64,000 nt of DNA from Bdellovibrionales bacterium. Lineage in GTDB: Bacteria > Bdellovibrionota > Bdellovibrionia > Bdellovibrionales > Bdellovibrionaceae. Positions 49,231 to 58,444 of this stretch are shown piece after piece. The DNA lies in NCBI GenBank assembly GCA_031370005.1, contig JANMPT010000021.1:32001-96000 (forward strand). The letters run 5' to 3'. Positions within the stretch are counted from its first letter, which is position 1; each line of letters opens with the position of its first letter. The position numbers and the translations under genes were made by a program. The notes beneath the pieces are model-generated. The model was not told the DNA's origin. It worked only from the letters and a program-made list of their open reading frames with translations, and ran no database searches.

Positions 49231-50035
49231 CAGAAACCTCTTTTTGACCGCGAACAATGGCAATGCCACGTTTAGAGCTCTTCACAAAATGAATAAAGTG
49301 CTCAATATTCTCGCTTGGAGTGCACTCCGCGCGAATACGCTCTACATTTTCCTCCACCGTGCCTTTTCCCATTACAAGAATACGAACGGCCTTGTGAACA
49401 TTGTTTGCCTCTTCACGGGAAAAGCCTCTTCTTATTAAACCAATTTTATTAGTTGCACGAACTGTTGCCCAGTGGCCCTCGGCCCTAACAAAAGGGGGAA
49501 TATCCTTATTCACAACTGAACCACCAGCAATGAAGGACCCACGCCCCACCCTGGTAAATTGATTAAAGCCACACATTGCACTTATAACAACATTACTTTC
49601 AATTTCACAGTGCCCACCCAACTGAGAGTTGTTAGACATGATTACATTGTCACCTAATTTGCAGTCATGACCAATATGAGTGTATGCCATGATATAGCAA
49701 TTGTTTCCGATTTCAGTTTTTCTATCAGCTTTAGCTGTTGCTATATTCACCGTTGAAAACTCACGAAAAGTATTGTTGCTACCGATGATTAAGCTGGTTT
49801 CTTCATTTTTATAGGAAATATCTTGCGGTGGGCCGCCAATCACTGCTCCGGGAGAGAAATGATTGTTCTCACCTATAGAGATGAACCCGTGTTTATATCC
49901 TAAGGTCACATGACCTTCTACAAAAGTGCCTTTACCGATTTTTCCTTTGCCCTGAATTAAACAATAAGGACCAATCTCAACATCTAAACCAATTTCAACA
50001 TCGGGCGAAACCACACTCGTGGGATGGATTTTCAC
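49223..50035 (-). CDS. lpxA: Acyl-ACP:UDP-N-acetylglucosamine acyltransferase
   Basis: Hexapeptide repeats, PQD, IG..N.FRE, H.GHDC, GGH, KDIPPF. Confidence 0.93.
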   Translation of the reverse strand: MKIHPTSVVSPDVEIGLDVEIGPYCLIQGKGKIGKGTFVEGHVTLGYKHGFISIGENNHFSPGAVIGGPPQDISYKNEETSLIIGSNNTFREFSTVNIATAKADRKTEIGNNCYIMAYTHIGHDCKLGDNVIMSNNSQLGGHCEIESNVVISAMCGFNQFTRVGRGSFIAGGSVVNKDIPPFVRAEGHWATVRATNKIGLIRRGFSREEANNVHKAVRILVMGKGTVEENVERIRAECTPSENIEHFIHFVKSSKRGIAIVRGQKEVSDD

Positions 50036-50075
50036 GAGAACTCCTCTGACTAGCGATGAGTTAAAAAATTATAAA

Positions 50076-50582
50076 TTATTTTTCCTTTTCATAGGTCTTA
50101 ATAACCTCGTCAGTCAAATCTGCATCCGAATTCGCAAACAAGACCATTTGGTTGTTCTCAAGAACCATAGAGTAGCCTTTTTCTTTTGCCACCTTCGCTA
50201 TAATTTTTTTCATTTTTTCCAAAATAGGAGCCGTTAAATCACGCTCTTTCTTTTGAATTTCAATTTGACTCTTGCCAACTACATCACGGTACTTAAGCAT
50301 CTCTTCTTGAAACTCAGCTTGTTTTTTCGTTAAAATCTCTTCAGATAAGACTGATTTTTTTCTTTCAAGGTCTTCACTCATTTTCTTCAAATCAGCTTCT
50401 TTTTTCTCAAGTTCTTTTTTCTTTTTATTGAACTCGCCTTCAAGCTCTGTTTTTGCCTTTTTACCAGCAGCAGTGCTTTGAATGGCTTTTTGCATATCTA
50501 CATAGCCAATCTTTGCTTCAGCAGCGTGAACTAAGCTTGCCGCCAACACCAAACTTGCAATCATTGTTACTTGTTTTTTCAT
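50076..50582 (-). CDS. skp: Periplasmic chaperone Skp/OmpH
   Basis: Signal peptide, KIGYVD, coiled coil, DLTDEV; follows bamA. Confidence 0.92.
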   Translation of the reverse strand: MKKQVTMIASLVLAASLVHAAEAKIGYVDMQKAIQSTAAGKKAKTELEGEFNKKKKELEKKEADLKKMSEDLERKKSVLSEEILTKKQAEFQEEMLKYRDVVGKSQIEIQKKERDLTAPILEKMKKIIAKVAKEKGYSMVLENNQMVLFANSDADLTDEVIKTYEKEK

Positions 50583-50636
50583 CTGTCCTCCAAAAAATCT
50601 TTGTTGTTATTAAACCTATCCTTAAATATTTAAAAA

Positions 50637-53075
50637 TTAAAATGGTGTCCCAATAGAGAAGTCAAAAACCATTGTATCCTTATGGTATACGGGGTCGCGG
50701 CTCAAAGGGAAACCCCACTCAAACCGTAAAGGGCCTATTGGAGAAAACCAACGGATACCAAAACCCATATCCGAGAAAAAGCGATCCAAGGTCAGCTGAT
50801 CTTCAGCTTCACCAACATCATAGAATACAACTCCCATGATTTTTGCTTCTGCGATTAATGGAAATTGTAATTCTGTTTGATACATCAATTGCTGCTGACC
50901 ACCATAGAAAACCTGGGCTTGTTCGTTGGCATAGGCTTTTTGTGCGTCAGTCGGGCTTGAAATATTCAGCAAAGCATTGTTATACGCCGTTTGTGAGTAG
51001 ACCTGCTTACCTACGCGATATGGACGATATCCACGAAGTGAATAGGGGCCGCCCAGCAAATATAATTGATTGAATGGGGGGTTTCTCGAAGAATCTAAGC
51101 TTTCGATCTTTCCATACGTCAGGGAGTTTCTCCATATCACATCCCAAAAAATATTCTTAAAGTAACGGAAAATCCCCGCACCTTTTTGGTATTTTAAATC
51201 TCCACCAATACCTGCATATTCATATGAAAAACTAGTTAACATCCCCTTGCTTGTCATAAAACGATCATTCCGAGTGTCATACTGAACACTTGTCGTCAAT
51301 GAACTCGTATAGCCATTAGCAGTGCTAAGGGGGAAAACCACTGGATCCGTGATGGAAACACCATTCACTATTTTTTCATCCAGCTGAGTCTTATCGAGTT
51401 TATAACGAAGAGTCCCGCGCCAGTCCTCACCAATAGGATGCCCCAAGCTCACGGCGGCACCCGTTCTTTTTTCATCGTAATCAGAGCGTCCGGAATCAAT
51501 ACTTTGATAAAGCTCAGAGCCTAAAGACCATAAGCTATCTTGGAAATAGGGCTCTGTGAACGTGAAATTGTAGTAGCTGCCTGTATTGCTAATATTCAGT
51601 GAGGCCCCAAGGTTTTGACCACGCCCTAGAAAGTTCGTCTGATTTACGGAGCCAGTCAAAGTAAAGCCCGTCGCAGTTCCGTAACCAGCACCCAACTGTA
51701 TCTGTCCAGTATTTCGTTCTTTCACTACGATATCCATATTTAAGATATCTGGCTTGTCCGCAGAAGTAGCGGTTTTAAAATTCACTTCCTCAAAAAAGCC
51801 AAGACGCTGGATACTTTCTAAAGACTGGCGACGACGTGTTTCGTTATAAAGCTCGCCCTCTCGTATTTTTAGTTCACGCCGAACCACTTTATCACGAGTT
51901 TTGGTATTGCCCACCACATTGATTTGACCAAAATAAACCTTGTTACCCTTATCAAACTCAAATAATAAATCCACTTTTAATTCTTTATCATTGATTCGAG
52001 TGCGCGGAATAACGTTGGCAAAGGCATAACCCAAGTCCCCATATTTCGCCTGAAGATCACTTAAATCTTTATAAAGAACGTCATAGGCGAAAACTTTTCC
52101 AGGAGTGAGCTTAATAACATCAAAGAGCTCATCTTTAGAAAAAAGAACATCACCACCAAAGTCAATCTCTCCGACTTTGTACTGTTCACCCTCCACCACA
52201 CGCATAGTAATGTAGATGCTTTTTTTATCTGGAGTCACGTAGACCTGAGGACGATCAATCTTCGCCTGAATATAGCCCTGGTTAAAGTACACATAACGAA
52301 GGGCTTGAGTGTCCCGATCAAAAGCCTCTTGCTTGTATGAACCTGAGCCGCTCATGAAAGAAAAATAACCACCTTCTTTGGTAATCATGTTCGACTTTAG
52401 TGTACTCTCAGAAAGTTTCTTAGCACCCAGGATTGTGATCTTCTTTACCTTAACTTTATCATTTTCTTTAATTTTAAAAACAATACGAACAGACTCCTCT
52501 TTCTTCAAGTCTTCAACAACCGGATTAATCTTTGCGAGAAAAAATCCCTTGTCTTCATAAAGTTTTTGAATTTTCTCCGTCGCTTCTTTCAGTTTATTCA
52601 TGTTAAGAATTTCATAAGCTTTAATTCCGGAAGCTTCAGCAAGATCTTCGCTTTTTACCTCAGAGTTTCCTTCATAAACAATTTCAACAATCGAAGGTTT
52701 TTCAGTTACATGATAAGTTAAACGCACCTCATTTGCTTTGATTTCACGATCCACCTCAACATTCACAAAATAACCACTCTTAAAAAGGGCCTTTACATCT
52801 TCACGTAATTTATTGTCACTATAAACTTCACCAGTCTTGCTCACAAGACGATTGAGGATGGCGTCTTTTTCAAGCTTTCGCATTCCTACAACATCAATGC
52901 TCTTTATAAGCATTTCCCGAGTAGAGACTGCTTTCGGGCTATGACTAGATTTTTTGATTGCCCTTTTTGTTGGCGCCTTCTTAGCCCGCGCCGAAGCCTG
53001 AGTAATAAACAGATTCGCACTCATGAAAAAAATAAAAAATAGTGTCAGATTTCGGAGTGTCCATCTTGGTCGCAA
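50637..53075 (-). CDS. bamA: Outer membrane protein assembly factor BamA
   Basis: POTRA repeats (GN..T.D.V.RRE), LRGY, G.RW.SP.GPL, C-terminal Phe. Confidence 0.96.
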   Translation of the reverse strand: MRPRWTLRNLTLFFIFFMSANLFITQASARAKKAPTKRAIKKSSHSPKAVSTREMLIKSIDVVGMRKLEKDAILNRLVSKTGEVYSDNKLREDVKALFKSGYFVNVEVDREIKANEVRLTYHVTEKPSIVEIVYEGNSEVKSEDLAEASGIKAYEILNMNKLKEATEKIQKLYEDKGFFLAKINPVVEDLKKEESVRIVFKIKENDKVKVKKITILGAKKLSESTLKSNMITKEGGYFSFMSGSGSYKQEAFDRDTQALRYVYFNQGYIQAKIDRPQVYVTPDKKSIYITMRVVEGEQYKVGEIDFGGDVLFSKDELFDVIKLTPGKVFAYDVLYKDLSDLQAKYGDLGYAFANVIPRTRINDKELKVDLLFEFDKGNKVYFGQINVVGNTKTRDKVVRRELKIREGELYNETRRRQSLESIQRLGFFEEVNFKTATSADKPDILNMDIVVKERNTGQIQLGAGYGTATGFTLTGSVNQTNFLGRGQNLGASLNISNTGSYYNFTFTEPYFQDSLWSLGSELYQSIDSGRSDYDEKRTGAAVSLGHPIGEDWRGTLRYKLDKTQLDEKIVNGVSITDPVVFPLSTANGYTSSLTTSVQYDTRNDRFMTSKGMLTSFSYEYAGIGGDLKYQKGAGIFRYFKNIFWDVIWRNSLTYGKIESLDSSRNPPFNQLYLLGGPYSLRGYRPYRVGKQVYSQTAYNNALLNISSPTDAQKAYANEQAQVFYGGQQQLMYQTELQFPLIAEAKIMGVVFYDVGEAEDQLTLDRFFSDMGFGIRWFSPIGPLRFEWGFPLSRDPVYHKDTMVFDFSIGTPF

Positions 53076-53146
53076 AGTAGTTCTTCCCTTATCAATAGTA
53101 TTCTAAATTCCTAAGAAATTTTATATACTTACAAAAATAAAAGAAA

Positions 53147-53175
53147 AGCGTAGCCCAAGACCTAGGCCTTGTCAA
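53147..53175 (-). promoter_or_regulatory. sigma70-type promoter upstream of bamA
   Basis: TTGACA-N17-TACGCT. Confidence 0.65.
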
Positions 53176-53178
53176 ACA

Positions 53179-53865
53179 TTAGACCCACTGGCCATCTTTC
53201 ATTCGAAGAATTTTGGGAAACTTTTGAGCAAACGCCAGATCATGGGTCACCACCACAAGAGTCAGACCAAAACGCTCTTTGAGCTCAAAAAAAAGATCTT
53301 GAATGCGCTGACTATTTTGCATATCTAGGTTTCCAGTTGGTTCATCAGCAAAAAGTACTTTAGGACGGCGAACTAGGGCCCTGGCAATTGCTATACGCTG
53401 CAGCTCGCCACCACTCAGCTGCGTTGGATAGTGCTCAATTCTTGGGCCAAGTCCCATTTGATAAAGCAACTCAGTGGCTCTATCTTTAGCGTCGCGAACC
53501 GATTCTCCGGCTATACGACATGGGATCATGACATTTTCAAGGGCCGTGAATTCCGCCAGTAAATGGTGAAATTGAAACACAAAGCCCATTTTCTCATTGC
53601 GAAAAAGTGCCAATTCTTCGTCAGCCATTTCGAGCAAATTATGATCATGGAAGAAAAGTTGCCCGCTTTGTGGGCGATCCAAGGTTCCCAATATTTGCAA
53701 AAAAGTACTTTTACCAGCACCCGAAGCGCCTAAAATACAGATGGCTTCTCCATCTTGGATATCCAAAGACATTCCACGAAGAATTTGTAGCTCACCGCCA
53801 TCTCCTTGCGGATAGGTTTTGACAATTGAATCTGCTCTAATCATAGCCGGTGCAGAATTAACCAT
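53179..53865 (-). CDS. lolD: Lipoprotein-releasing ABC transporter ATPase
   Basis: GASGAGKST, GFVFQFHHLL.EFTALENV, LSGGE, ADEPTGNLD. Confidence 0.92.
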   Translation of the reverse strand: MVNSAPAMIRADSIVKTYPQGDGGELQILRGMSLDIQDGEAICILGASGAGKSTFLQILGTLDRPQSGQLFFHDHNLLEMADEELALFRNEKMGFVFQFHHLLAEFTALENVMIPCRIAGESVRDAKDRATELLYQMGLGPRIEHYPTQLSGGELQRIAIARALVRRPKVLFADEPTGNLDMQNSQRIQDLFFELKERFGLTLVVVTHDLAFAQKFPKILRMKDGQWV

Positions 53866-55084
53866 ATTTCAATCCCTCCACAGGGTTGAGCTTTGAGCCT
53901 CGGAGGGCCGGTGCTAAAGTTGCTACAAAGCAGATAAGCATAGTCGCAAGTGCAATAAAAATCCAATCCACAAAACGCAGCTCTACTTGAATTGAATCAA
54001 TGCGATAGACCGAGCCCGAAAGAAGTCCCATTGTATTTTGTAAGACTGTAAAGCCCGCACATAACAGTAACCCAAACAAGGTTCCCAGGCCAAGCCCAAC
54101 CCCCCCCATTAAAATCCCTTGTAGGCTAAATATTTTAAGGATGCTTTTTTGCGGAAGACCTAAGGCTTTTAAAATTGCAATATCGGCATAACGCTGAACT
54201 ACATTCACGAAAAGTGTGCTCGATACATTGAAAGAGGCAACCACCACAATGATGAGCACCACAAAGAAAATAACTACACGTTCAATTTTTACCGCTTCAA
54301 AAAGATTCTCATTGAGATCTCGCCAGTCGCTGACCCAATAACTAGGCCCCAAAGTCTGACTTAAATTAAAAGCCGCAGTCCTTGCGTAGTTAATATCTTG
54401 GAACTTCAGCAATAGGCCGCTATAACGATCACCGATTTGTACAAGCTTTTGAGCAGTTGCCAGTGTCGAAATAATCATACGTTCATTCCACTCGGTTTTT
54501 CCCATATCCAATATTCCACGCACTTGAAACTCGACAATTCTTCTCTGAAAACGACCTGAGTCAATGGGATCTGGGATGGGCATTACCACACGGAAAGTAT
54601 CACCAATTTTAAGTCCCACACGCTGAGCAATGCGTTTTCCAATCAGTGCTGGAGTTTTGCCTCCGCCTTCTTTAAGATCAAGACTTCCTTCAATTAGCCG
54701 AGAGGAAAAATTTAGAACTTCTCCTGCGCGTTCTTCATCAATTCCCTGGATCATCACACCTTGAATTACTCCCTGATGGGCAAGAACGGCCTCCGTGCGA
54801 AGAAAGCGAACGGAAGAAACCAGGCTTGGCTCTTGTTTACGAATGCGCGCCTCAAGCTCCTGCCACGGTTCTTGAAAGGTCGCACGCTTCACCAGTTGCA
54901 CATGTCCAGTTACATCAGTCATAGCTGATCGCAAGGTGGATTCAAAACCACTCATCACTGCCATGGAGGCAACTAGCGCCCCAACCCCCAGGATCAATCC
55001 CACCAGGGAAAGCACTGCAGACCCTCCGAACAAAGTACGCCTTGAAAACAACAAACGATAGGCAATCCATAAAAGTTGCTTCAC
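53858..55084 (-). CDS. lolC: Lipoprotein-releasing ABC transporter permease (LolC/E)
   Basis: 4-TM FtsX-type permease, AVMSGF, IAILKALG, P.E.L.Y; next to lolD. Confidence 0.85.
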   Translation of the reverse strand: MKQLLWIAYRLLFSRRTLFGGSAVLSLVGLILGVGALVASMAVMSGFESTLRSAMTDVTGHVQLVKRATFQEPWQELEARIRKQEPSLVSSVRFLRTEAVLAHQGVIQGVMIQGIDEERAGEVLNFSSRLIEGSLDLKEGGGKTPALIGKRIAQRVGLKIGDTFRVVMPIPDPIDSGRFQRRIVEFQVRGILDMGKTEWNERMIISTLATAQKLVQIGDRYSGLLLKFQDINYARTAAFNLSQTLGPSYWVSDWRDLNENLFEAVKIERVVIFFVVLIIVVVASFNVSSTLFVNVVQRYADIAILKALGLPQKSILKIFSLQGILMGGVGLGLGTLFGLLLCAGFTVLQNTMGLLSGSVYRIDSIQVELRFVDWIFIALATMLICFVATLAPALRGSKLNPVEGLKYG

Positions 55085-56225
55085 CTAAGTGACCGCCATC
55101 GTTTCGAGATCATTCGCAAAGCTGGATTTCAAATATGCCATAATAAAATCATCTAGTTCACCATCAAGAATATCTTCGACCTGATTGGTTTCAAAATCCG
55201 TTCTGTGATCCTTCACCAACTGATAGGGATGCATCACATAAGAACGAATTTGGGAACCCCACTCATTGGCTTTTTTAACAGAATTCATAACATCTTTTTC
55301 AGCATTGCGTTTTTCAACCTCTTTTTCATAGAGAGCCGCTTTCAACATTTTAAGAGCCTTCTCGCGATTCTGGATCTGACTGCGTTGAGTTTGACAAGAA
55401 ACAATAATTCCTGAAGGCAAATGATACATGCGAACAGCAGAATCTGTTTTATTGACATGCTGACCACCAGCACCGCTTGATCTGAAAGTTTCTACTTTCA
55501 GATCCTCAGGGCGGACCTCAATATTGATATCATCATCTACTTCTGGCCAAGCAAATACTGAGGCAAAAGAAGTATGTCGGCGGGCATTGGAATCAAAGGG
55601 TGAAATTCGCACCAAACGATGGACTCCAGATTCAGCCTTCAAATAACCATAGGCGTAGGGGCCCTCTATTAAAAGCGTACAGGATTTAATCCCTGCGCCT
55701 TCGCCCTCCGTAATATCTAGAATCTCAACACGGTATCCATGATGTTCTGCATACCGAGTGTACATTCTCATCAACATCTCAGCCCAATCACAGGATTCGG
55801 TACCACCAGCACCAGAGTTGATAGACAAATAAGTGCTACTTGAGTCCATTTCCCTATTCAGCAGGCGACTGAGCTCAAGCGCTTGCCCAATCTTTTCGAT
55901 AGCCAGGACCTCGGTTTTAACTTCATCAAAAGATGCATCATCCTCATCCTCAACGGCCATCTCCAAAAGAACTATAGCGTCCTCAAGGCGACCGCTATAG
56001 GATTTCCACTCGCCCATTGCTTTTTCAAGCAAAGTCTTTTCTTTATTGATTTTTTGCATTTCTGCAGGCTTTCCCCAGATTGCAGGATTCTCAACTGCCA
56101 TAGCTAGCTCAGCCAAGCGTCTCTGTTTTTTATCTAGGTCAAAGATACCCCCGAAGCTCGTTTCCGAACTTCTCAAGATCCATTAGTTTTTTTTTGATAT
56201 CGGATAATTCTGTAGCAATTGACAT
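55085..56225 (-). CDS. prfB: Peptide chain release factor 2, with programmed +1 frameshift
   Basis: SPF and GGQ motifs. True start is ATG 56225 (MSIATELSDIKKKLMDLEKFGNELRGYL), then CTT TGA C shifts into DLDKKQ... Confidence 0.97.
56138..56153 (-). promoter_or_regulatory. prfB +1 frameshift cassette
   Basis: CGGGGG-TAT-CTT-TGA-C: internal SD-like run, slippery Leu codon and UGA. Confidence 0.95.
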
Positions 56226-56409
56226 TTGTTTTCCTTGTATAACTTGGAGTCTATAGCCGTGACCTCGGGAGTCAATAATTTGCCGTCTTGCGTAGACTCC
56301 GCTCAGCCAATGACGGCTTGCAACATTTATCCGCCTTTGCTTGATTAAATGATTTAGAGTCTTTATTGCTTATAAACAAATTATATATATATCTGAAAGC
56401 ATTAGACAC

Positions 56410-58014
56410 TTGATGAACGACTTAAAATCTACATTTCTTACCTATTGGCTTTTGCCTTTTTTGTGCTTGATAGGGACTCTTATCATTTTTTTCTCCCCAC
56501 TTAGGTTCATTATTGTTCCGCAATTTGTAGTCTACCATACATTTCTTGAAGCTTTCTGCATCGTCATCTCACTCATGATTTTCATGACACAGTTTGTTCT
56601 TAGAAACCATAGCACTTCGGGCCTCTATCAGGTTTTAGGAATTCCCTATCTGGGCATTGGAATCATTGACTTACTGCATACCCTTTCCTTCGAAGGAGTC
56701 CCAGACTTTGTGACTCCGAATAGTTTGCAAAAAAGCATCTCTTTTTGGCTAGCAGCACGTTTCTTAGAGGCAGGCACTTTTTTATTTTTTGCTTTAAGTT
56801 TGAAATATAAATGGAATACCAGAAATAGTCGACAACAACTCATTTACTTGGTTGTTCTTGCGTATACAGTACTCGTCACCATTGTTGTTTTGTGGTTTCC
56901 AGAAATCCTCCCCAGTTTTTCCGACACGCTGGGGCACCTAAGCGCTGTTAAAAAAGGCAGTGAGTATCTGCTTATTTTCAGCCATTTAGTTATTTTATAT
57001 CTACTTATTTCCACAACAGAAAAAAATAAAAATCATGATAACATAGCCTTGTTAATTGCGGCATCCTCAATTATTGCAATCTCAGGGCTCTGTTTCAGCT
57101 CCTTTTCCGAGAGCAATGATTTAATCATTTTTACCGGGCATGTACTGAAGGCAATGGCATATTATTTTATTTTTAAAGCGGCATTGCAAAGTGAATTATT
57201 ACAGCCGTATAAACAACTCATTGAACTAAATAATGATTTACTATCTCAAACTGAAAGCCTTAAAAACATTAAAGCACTCCTATTGAAATCGGAGAGGCTT
57301 AACTCTCTCGGGATGAATGCTGGCATTGCACTTCATGATTTGAATAACATGGTGCAGATCGCTAATATTGCAGCTAAAAAAATTCTCAAATTGGTGTCTG
57401 GAAACAGTTCTGCAGAGAGTATAAGAGCGTACTCGAATACAATTGTTAACAGTTTGGCAAAAACTCAGAAGTTTCAACAACAATTGCTACAACAGGTAAA
57501 GAGCTCTGCTGATAAAGTGACCATCATAGAGCTACACGAAGAGCTCACTCAATTTTCCTCACTGCTGAAGACTTTAGTTGGCAGCAATGAGCTTGTAATT
57601 GACTGCGAAGACATGCTTAATGTCGAAATTAATCAAGTGGAGTTGGAACAGGTTTTGATGAACTTGGTTATCAATGCAAGAGATGCCATAAAGTCGCAAG
57701 ACGGAAAAATAATTATCAGAGCTAAAAAACAGACAATCCATTCCCCTGCTAATAGCCTTACCGGAACAATTAAATCAGGCAACTATATTAAGCTCTCAGT
57801 CATAGATAATGGCAGAGGCGTACCCGCAGAATCATTAACAAAAATATTTGAGCCATTCTACACTACCAAGGAAAGCAGCAATGGAACTGGTCTGGGGCTA
57901 TCCGCCGTCAAAACTATCATTGAAAAATGGAATGCTTATCTTCAAGTTCACACTATTTCTGGGAAAGGTACTGAGTTCGATATTTTTATAAACGAGATTA
58001 AGGACCCCTTGTGA
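56410..58014 (+). CDS. MASE3-domain sensor histidine kinase (orphan)
   Basis: HT.LE, DLLHTLS..G.P, FWL.AR, GHVLK; HDLNN, NLVINARDA, FEPFYTTK, GTGLGL. Confidence 0.88.
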   Translation: MMNDLKSTFLTYWLLPFLCLIGTLIIFFSPLRFIIVPQFVVYHTFLEAFCIVISLMIFMTQFVLRNHSTSGLYQVLGIPYLGIGIIDLLHTLSFEGVPDFVTPNSLQKSISFWLAARFLEAGTFLFFALSLKYKWNTRNSRQQLIYLVVLAYTVLVTIVVLWFPEILPSFSDTLGHLSAVKKGSEYLLIFSHLVILYLLISTTEKNKNHDNIALLIAASSIIAISGLCFSSFSESNDLIIFTGHVLKAMAYYFIFKAALQSELLQPYKQLIELNNDLLSQTESLKNIKALLLKSERLNSLGMNAGIALHDLNNMVQIANIAAKKILKLVSGNSSAESIRAYSNTIVNSLAKTQKFQQQLLQQVKSSADKVTIIELHEELTQFSSLLKTLVGSNELVIDCEDMLNVEINQVELEQVLMNLVINARDAIKSQDGKIIIRAKKQTIHSPANSLTGTIKSGNYIKLSVIDNGRGVPAESLTKIFEPFYTTKESSNGTGLGLSAVKTIIEKWNAYLQVHTISGKGTEFDIFINEIKDPL

Positions 58015-58444
58015 AAAACTTTGCAAAGACTTCATCTTGGATTGAAAACATTTTTTTCGCATCCGAAGATTCTGTTTCGTGATCATAACCTAGCAAATGC
58101 AAAATCCCGTGAAGAATCATATAACCAAGCTCCTCTTGGTACTTCAGTCCGTGGTCCTTTGCTTGTTTTTGTATAACTTGAGGGCACAAGAGCAATTCGC
58201 CCAATGACTCAGAACTCATCGACTCAAAACTCAGCACATCCGTCGCATAGTCTTTTCCGCGAAATTGCTTGTTATTTGCTTTTGCATTTTTTGGATTTAA
58301 AAAAATCAAAGTCAATTCTTTGGTCGCGGTATTTTTGTCAAAGATTTTGCGTTTCAAAAATTCATTTTTTATTTGTAAGCACCATTTTTTGATAAACTTG
58401 CGTGGAGCTCGTACCGAGCTCTGGTTAATCACAAGTATCCTCAT
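57998..58444 (-). CDS. ybeY: rRNA maturation endoribonuclease YbeY
   Basis: N..FRGKDYATDVLSF, HGILHLLGYDH. Confidence 0.96.
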   Translation of the reverse strand: MRILVINQSSVRAPRKFIKKWCLQIKNEFLKRKIFDKNTATKELTLIFLNPKNAKANNKQFRGKDYATDVLSFESMSSESLGELLLCPQVIQKQAKDHGLKYQEELGYMILHGILHLLGYDHETESSDAKKMFSIQDEVFAKFFTRGP

